A DNA stretch of 64,000 nt from Bacillota bacterium (GTDB lineage Bacteria; Bacillota; Clostridia; Christensenellales; CAG-138), in the NCBI GenBank assembly GCA_016282255.1, contig JAEEKE010000026.1, positions 19,990 to 83,989 of the forward strand, given 5' to 3'. The notes below the pieces were generated by a model that ran no database searches, had not been told where the DNA came from, and saw only the letters and a list, made by a program, of their open reading frames with translations. Made by a program: the position numbers and the translations under genes. Shown one piece after another: positions 59,368 to 64,000 of this stretch (its first letter is position 1; each line of letters opens with the position of its first letter).

Positions 59368-61395
59368 ATGAAAAGGTTTGAAGTCGTTTCACAGTTCGAG
59401 CCACAGGGCGATCAGCCGGAAGCCATCGATATTCTTGCAAAAGGCGTACTTGGGGGCGACCGCCTCCAGGTACTTCTTGGCGTTACGGGCTCGGGCAAGA
59501 CCTTTACCATGGCGAAGGTCATTGAAAGGGTCCAGAAGCCGACGCTCGTTATAGCCCATAATAAGACGCTTGCCGCTCAGCTCTGCTCAGAGTTCAGAGA
59601 GTTCTTCCCGAACAACGCCGTTGAGTTCTTCGTTTCGTACTACGATTATTATCAGCCCGAGGCGTATATAGCTTCATCCGATACCTATATCGAGAAGACC
59701 GCGCTGATCAATCAGGAGATCGATCGGCTGCGCCACAGCGCGACCTGCTCGCTCAATGAACGCAGGGATGTTATAATCGTCGCTTCGGTTTCGTGCATCT
59801 ATGCCCTCGGCGATCCCGAGGAGTATCTTAAACTGAGCATCTCGCTCCGTCCCGGAACGAAGCTCGACCGCGATGAGTTTATAAGAAAGCTCGTTGACAT
59901 TCAGTATCAGCGCAACGATATAGAGTTTGCACGCGGCAACTTCCGCGTCCGCGGCGATATCGTTGAGGTATTCCCGATGCAGTATTCCGACCGCGCGCTG
60001 CGGATCGAATTTTTCGGCGACGAGATCGAGTCGATAAAGGAGATAAACGCCGTCACGGGCGTTCCGGTCAATGTGCTTGCCCACGCGATCATCTTCCCGG
60101 CCACGCATTATTCCGCCTCAAGGGAAAAGCTCGAGGCCGCACTTACCGCCATCGAGAACGACATGAACGACCGGCTCGAGGTGCTCCGGAGCGAGAACAA
60201 GCTCGTTGAAGCGCAGCGGCTCGAACAGCGCACGCGCTACGATCTTGAGATGATACGCGAGATAGGCTACTGCTCCGGCATCGAGAACTATTCCCGCTAT
60301 TTCGATGGCAGAAAGCCCGGCCAGCCGCCCTATACCCTGATCGACTATTTCGGAGACGATTTCCTGACCATCATCGACGAGAGCCACGTTTCGATCCCTC
60401 AGATCCGCGCGATGTATAACGGCGACAGAGCAAGGAAGAAGGAGCTGGTCGACTACGGCTTCCGCATTCCAAGCGCGTATGATAACCGCCCGCTCAAATT
60501 CGATGAATTCGAATCGAGGATCAAGCAGCTTATCTGCGTTAGCGCAACGCCCGCGGAATACGAGCTTGCGCGCGCGGCCAATATCGCCGAGCAGATCATC
60601 CGCCCGACGGGGCTTGTGGACCCCGAGATCTTCGTCCGTCCCGTCGAGGGGCAGATCGACGATCTGATAACCGAGATCGCAAAGAACAAGGAAAAGGGTT
60701 ACCGCGTCCTTGCAACGACGCTGACCAAGCGCATGGCCGAGATGCTGACCGAGCATCTCGATTCGATAGGCATCCGTGTCCGCTACATGCATTCGGATAT
60801 AGAAACGATCGAGCGGATGGAGATAATCCGCGACCTTCGCCTCGGAGAATTCGACGTGCTCGTTGGCATCAACCTGCTGCGCGAAGGACTCGACCTTCCG
60901 GAGGTCGGCCTCGTCGCGATCCTCGACGCCGATAAGGAGGGTTTCCTTCGATCAACGACTTCCCTTATCCAGACCGTGGGCCGCGCCGCGCGCAACGTCG
61001 ACGGCTACGTCATCATGTATGCCGACGAGATAACCGAATCGATGCAGCGCACCATCGACGAAACGAACCGCCGCCGCAGAAAACAGCTTGAATTCAACAG
61101 GCAGCACGGGATCACCCCGAAGAGCATACAGAAGGCCGTGCACGGCATAATCGAGATCACTTCCGCCGATAAGGACCCCGCAGCGGGGCTCAGTGCGGAC
61201 GAAAAAGAAGCCAAGATCAGGATCATCACCGAACAGATGCAGAAGGCGGCCATGGAGCTTGAGTTCGAGACAGCCGCTAAGCTGCGCGACGAGCTGTTCA
61301 GGCTCAGGGGAGAGAAAACGGCAGACGTACGGCCTGCGATCAAACCCGGTATGCCGGGCAGCAAACGCAAAACGAAGGAGCGCACGCGGAAATAG
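59368..61395 (+). CDS. uvrB: Excinuclease ABC subunit B
   Basis: [11 protein letters not shown], Walker [13 protein letters not shown] box and a C-terminal UVR domain ([15 protein letters not shown]). Confidence 0.97.
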   Translation: MKRFEVVSQFEPQGDQPEAIDILAKGVLGGDRLQVLLGVTGSGKTFTMAKVIERVQKPTLVIAHNKTLAAQLCSEFREFFPNNAVEFFVSYYDYYQPEAYIASSDTYIEKTALINQEIDRLRHSATCSLNERRDVIIVASVSCIYALGDPEEYLKLSISLRPGTKLDRDEFIRKLVDIQYQRNDIEFARGNFRVRGDIVEVFPMQYSDRALRIEFFGDEIESIKEINAVTGVPVNVLAHAIIFPATHYSASREKLEAALTAIENDMNDRLEVLRSENKLVEAQRLEQRTRYDLEMIREIGYCSGIENYSRYFDGRKPGQPPYTLIDYFGDDFLTIIDESHVSIPQIRAMYNGDRARKKELVDYGFRIPSAYDNRPLKFDEFESRIKQLICVSATPAEYELARAANIAEQIIRPTGLVDPEIFVRPVEGQIDDLITEIAKNKEKGYRVLATTLTKRMAEMLTEHLDSIGIRVRYMHSDIETIERMEIIRDLRLGEFDVLVGINLLREGLDLPEVGLVAILDADKEGFLRSTTSLIQTVGRAARNVDGYVIMYADEITESMQRTIDETNRRRRKQLEFNRQHGITPKSIQKAVHGIIEITSADKDPAAGLSADEKEAKIRIITEQMQKAAMELEFETAAKLRDELFRLRGEKTADVRPAIKPGMPGSKRKTKERTRK

Positions 61396-61446
61396 CGGGG
61401 GAGAGCTGCAGATCCATTGCAGCAGGCAAAATCCATTCAGCACAGT

Positions 61447-64000
61447 ATGAAAGATTGCATAACGATAAAAGGCGCGAGGGAGAACAACCTCAAGAACATA
61501 ACGCTTTCGATCCCAAGGGATAAGCTGATAGTATTCACCGGCCTTTCGGGTTCCGGCAAGTCTTCGCTTGCGTTTGAAACGATCTTTGCCGAGGGACAGC
61601 GCAGATACGTCGAGTCGCTGTCCTCCTATGCAAGGCAGTTCCTCGGGCAGATGGATAAGCCGGACGTCGACTATATCGAGGGGCTTTCTCCCGCCGTCTC
61701 GATAGACCAGAAGAGCACCTCCAATAACCCGCGTTCAACAGTCGGAACAGTGACCGAGATAAACGATTATCTTCGACTGCTGTTCGCGAGGATCGGCGTT
61801 CCTCACTGCCCGAAATGCGGCCGCGAGATCACCCGGCAGAGCATAGACCAGGTCGTCGATCAGGTGCTGCGGCTAGGGAACGGAACGAGGCTCAACCTTA
61901 TTGCGCCGGTCATACGCGGCATGAAGGGCGAGCACGTCAAGCTGCTCGACCAGATCCGCAAGGACGGCTACGTCCGCGTAAAGATCGACGGAACGCTTTA
62001 CGATATCAACGAGCTTCCGGAGCTCGATAAAAAGAAAAAGCACGATATCGACGTCATCGTCGACCGCATCATAATCAAGGAAGGCATCGAGATGCGCCTT
62101 TCGGATTCGCTCGAGACCGCATTCGCGCTCGGCGAAGGCCTTGCCAAGGCGGAGATCATCGGCGGTGAGGAGCTGCTGTTCTCACAGAACTATTCCTGCC
62201 CGGACTGCGGTATCAGCATCGAGGAGCTGAGCCCGCGCATGTTCTCGTTCAATAATCCCTACGGGGCCTGCCCCGCATGCGCCGGCATCGGCTACCTTGA
62301 GAAGATCGATCCCGCTCTGGTGGTCCAGAACCCCGAGAAGACGCTTCGGGAAGGCGCGATCACCGCTATGGGCTGGGGCTCCGGGAACCCCGCCGGTGAC
62401 AACAGCATGCGTTTGGTCTATTATAACGCGCTTGCAAAGGAATACGGCTTTTCGATCGATACTCCCTGGCATGAGCTTGCCGATGAAGCGCGGGATGTGA
62501 TCCTTTACGGCACGAAGGGAAAGAAGATCCGGTTTGAATACGACAACGGCTTCGGTAACGGCAGCTTTATGGCCGCGTTCGAGGGCGTCATACCGAGCAT
62601 CGAACGCCGCTACAACGAAACGCAGTCCGACGCCATGAAGGACGCCTACCGCGAATACATCCGCCAGACCCCTTGCCCGGTATGCGGCGGCAAGAGGCTC
62701 AAGCCAGAGGTGCTTTCGGTCACGATCGGCGGCAGATCGATCGCGGACGTCTGCGATATGCCGATACTCTCCGTTATCGCGTTCCTCAACGGGATAACGC
62801 TCTCCGAGTCCGAAAAGATCATCGCTTCGAGGATCTTCAAGGAACTGCTCGCGAGGCTCAAATTCCTTGTCGACGTCGGCCTCGATTACCTGACGCTGTC
62901 AAGATCCGCTTCCTCGCTTTCGGGCGGAGAATCCCAGAGGATCAGGCTCGCCACCCAGATAGGTTCCGGCCTCGTTGGCGTGCTCTATATTCTCGATGAA
63001 CCGAGCATCGGCCTTCATCAGCACGATAACGCAAAGCTTATCGCCACGCTTAAGGGCTTAAGGGACCTCGGAAATACTCTGATCGTCGTGGAGCACGATG
63101 AAGAGACCATGCGCAGCGCGGATCATATCGTCGACATCGGCCCGGGACCCGGCGTTCACGGCGGAAGGGTCGTGGCGCAGGGCACCGTTCAGGATATCAT
63201 CGACGCGCCCGAATCGGTCACCGGCCAGTTCCTCAGCGGCAAAAGAAGGATCGAGATCCCGGCAAAGCGCAGGCAACCGAAGGCTGATAAATGGCTGCGC
63301 GTCTTCGGCTGCAGAGAGCATAATCTCAATAATATCGACGTAGAGATCCCGCTCGGCGTATTCACCTGCGTGACAGGCGTTTCGGGCAGCGGCAAATCGA
63401 GCCTCGTTAACGGCATCATAAAGAACACGCTCTTAAGAAAGCTCAACAAGGCGCACACGGTCTCCGGCGACTTCGACAGTATTTCGGGTTACGAGTATCT
63501 TGATAAGGTAATAGATATCGATCAATCCCCGATCGGAAGGACGCCGAGGAGCAATCCGGCGACCTATACGGGCGTTTTCGACCTGATACGCGAAGTGTTC
63601 GCAATGACGCCGGACGCTAAAATGCGCGGCTACAGCAGCGGCAGATTCAGCTTCAACGTCAAAGGCGGGCGTTGCGAATCATGCCGCGGTGATGGTATAA
63701 TAAAGATAGAGATGCACTTCCTGCCGGACGTTTACGTCCCGTGCGAGGTCTGCAAGGGCAAGCGCTACAACCGCGAGACGCTCGAAGTGCGTTATCGCGG
63801 CCAATCCATTGCCGATGTGCTGGATATGACCGTCGAGCAGGCGCTCGACTTCTTCTCTCAGCATCCGAAGATAGCGCGCAAACTCCAGACGCTTTATGAC
63901 GTCGGCCTCGGCTACATAAAGCTCGGTCAGTCCTCAACGACGCTTTCCGGCGGCGAAGCGCAGCGCGTCAAGCTCGCAACGGAGCTTGCGAGGCGCGACA
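61447..64000 (+). CDS. uvrA: Excinuclease ABC subunit A, 3'-truncated by window edge
   Basis: Hand translation from ATG 61447 gives [54 protein letters not shown]. Open to the window end and absent from the ORF track because no stop is reached. The SD is weak. Confidence 0.95.
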   Translation, partial: MKDCITIKGARENNLKNITLSIPRDKLIVFTGLSGSGKSSLAFETIFAEGQRRYVESLSSYARQFLGQMDKPDVDYIEGLSPAVSIDQKSTSNNPRSTVGTVTEINDYLRLLFARIGVPHCPKCGREITRQSIDQVVDQVLRLGNGTRLNLIAPVIRGMKGEHVKLLDQIRKDGYVRVKIDGTLYDINELPELDKKKKHDIDVIVDRIIIKEGIEMRLSDSLETAFALGEGLAKAEIIGGEELLFSQNYSCPDCGISIEELSPRMFSFNNPYGACPACAGIGYLEKIDPALVVQNPEKTLREGAITAMGWGSGNPAGDNSMRLVYYNALAKEYGFSIDTPWHELADEARDVILYGTKGKKIRFEYDNGFGNGSFMAAFEGVIPSIERRYNETQSDAMKDAYREYIRQTPCPVCGGKRLKPEVLSVTIGGRSIADVCDMPILSVIAFLNGITLSESEKIIASRIFKELLARLKFLVDVGLDYLTLSRSASSLSGGESQRIRLATQIGSGLVGVLYILDEPSIGLHQHDNAKLIATLKGLRDLGNTLIVVEHDEETMRSADHIVDIGPGPGVHGGRVVAQGTVQDIIDAPESVTGQFLSGKRRIEIPAKRRQPKADKWLRVFGCREHNLNNIDVEIPLGVFTCVTGVSGSGKSSLVNGIIKNTLLRKLNKAHTVSGDFDSISGYEYLDKVIDIDQSPIGRTPRSNPATYTGVFDLIREVFAMTPDAKMRGYSSGRFSFNVKGGRCESCRGDGIIKIEMHFLPDVYVPCEVCKGKRYNRETLEVRYRGQSIADVLDMTVEQALDFFSQHPKIARKLQTLYDVGLGYIKLGQSSTTLSGGEAQRVKLATELARRD

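Overview
This 64-kb window is chromosomal DNA from a high-G+C, spore-forming Firmicute of the Clostridia type. Spore-former markers are gpr, a gerA-type germinant receptor operon, a spore-cortex-type deacetylase and a CwlD-like amidase. A dockerin-bearing gene hints at a Ruminococcaceae/Oscillospiraceae-like lineage, which is inference only. The window is almost gap-free and mostly housekeeping. On the + strand it holds recD2-comFC-rimI-ridA-comEC-holA, then gpr, a T-box-controlled pheST, trmL, eda, radC, deoD, carD-yacL, an aminotransferase-tdh-kbl cluster, trpS, and uvrB-uvrA (uvrA runs off the 3' edge). On the - strand it holds rpsT, tig-clpP-clpX-FAH-rqcH, coaW, a fused pgk/tpiA followed by gpmI, cobB, and a tightly packed iorA-iorB-patB-pcrA-ligA-(AIR-synthase-like) array. 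One RNA gene is present, a stand-alone tRNA-Ala(CGC). I found no CRISPR array, transposase, integrase, rRNA or recognisable defence system. Five stretches differ from the core background. (1) An AT-rich ~0.8-kb islet right after tRNA-Ala starts with a dense palindromic array of eight AATGATG/CATCATT heptamers and carries one orphan gene. (2) A lower-G+C ~3.4-kb module encodes an ECF-type sigma factor, a membrane anti-sigma-like protein and, convergently, a secreted LRR protein with a C-terminal dockerin. (3) A DUF4358 / SGNH lipoprotein / DUF4358 / MBOAT cluster is predicted to be a surface glycopolymer O-acylation module. (4) A single-gene lower-G+C insertion lies between trpS and the ligA operon. 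(5) An orphan ECF-S-like membrane protein carries an extra helix pair. The heptamer array is the least explained signal. None of these can be claimed as a new system from sequence reading alone. All family assignments rest on motif recognition by eye and need database confirmation.
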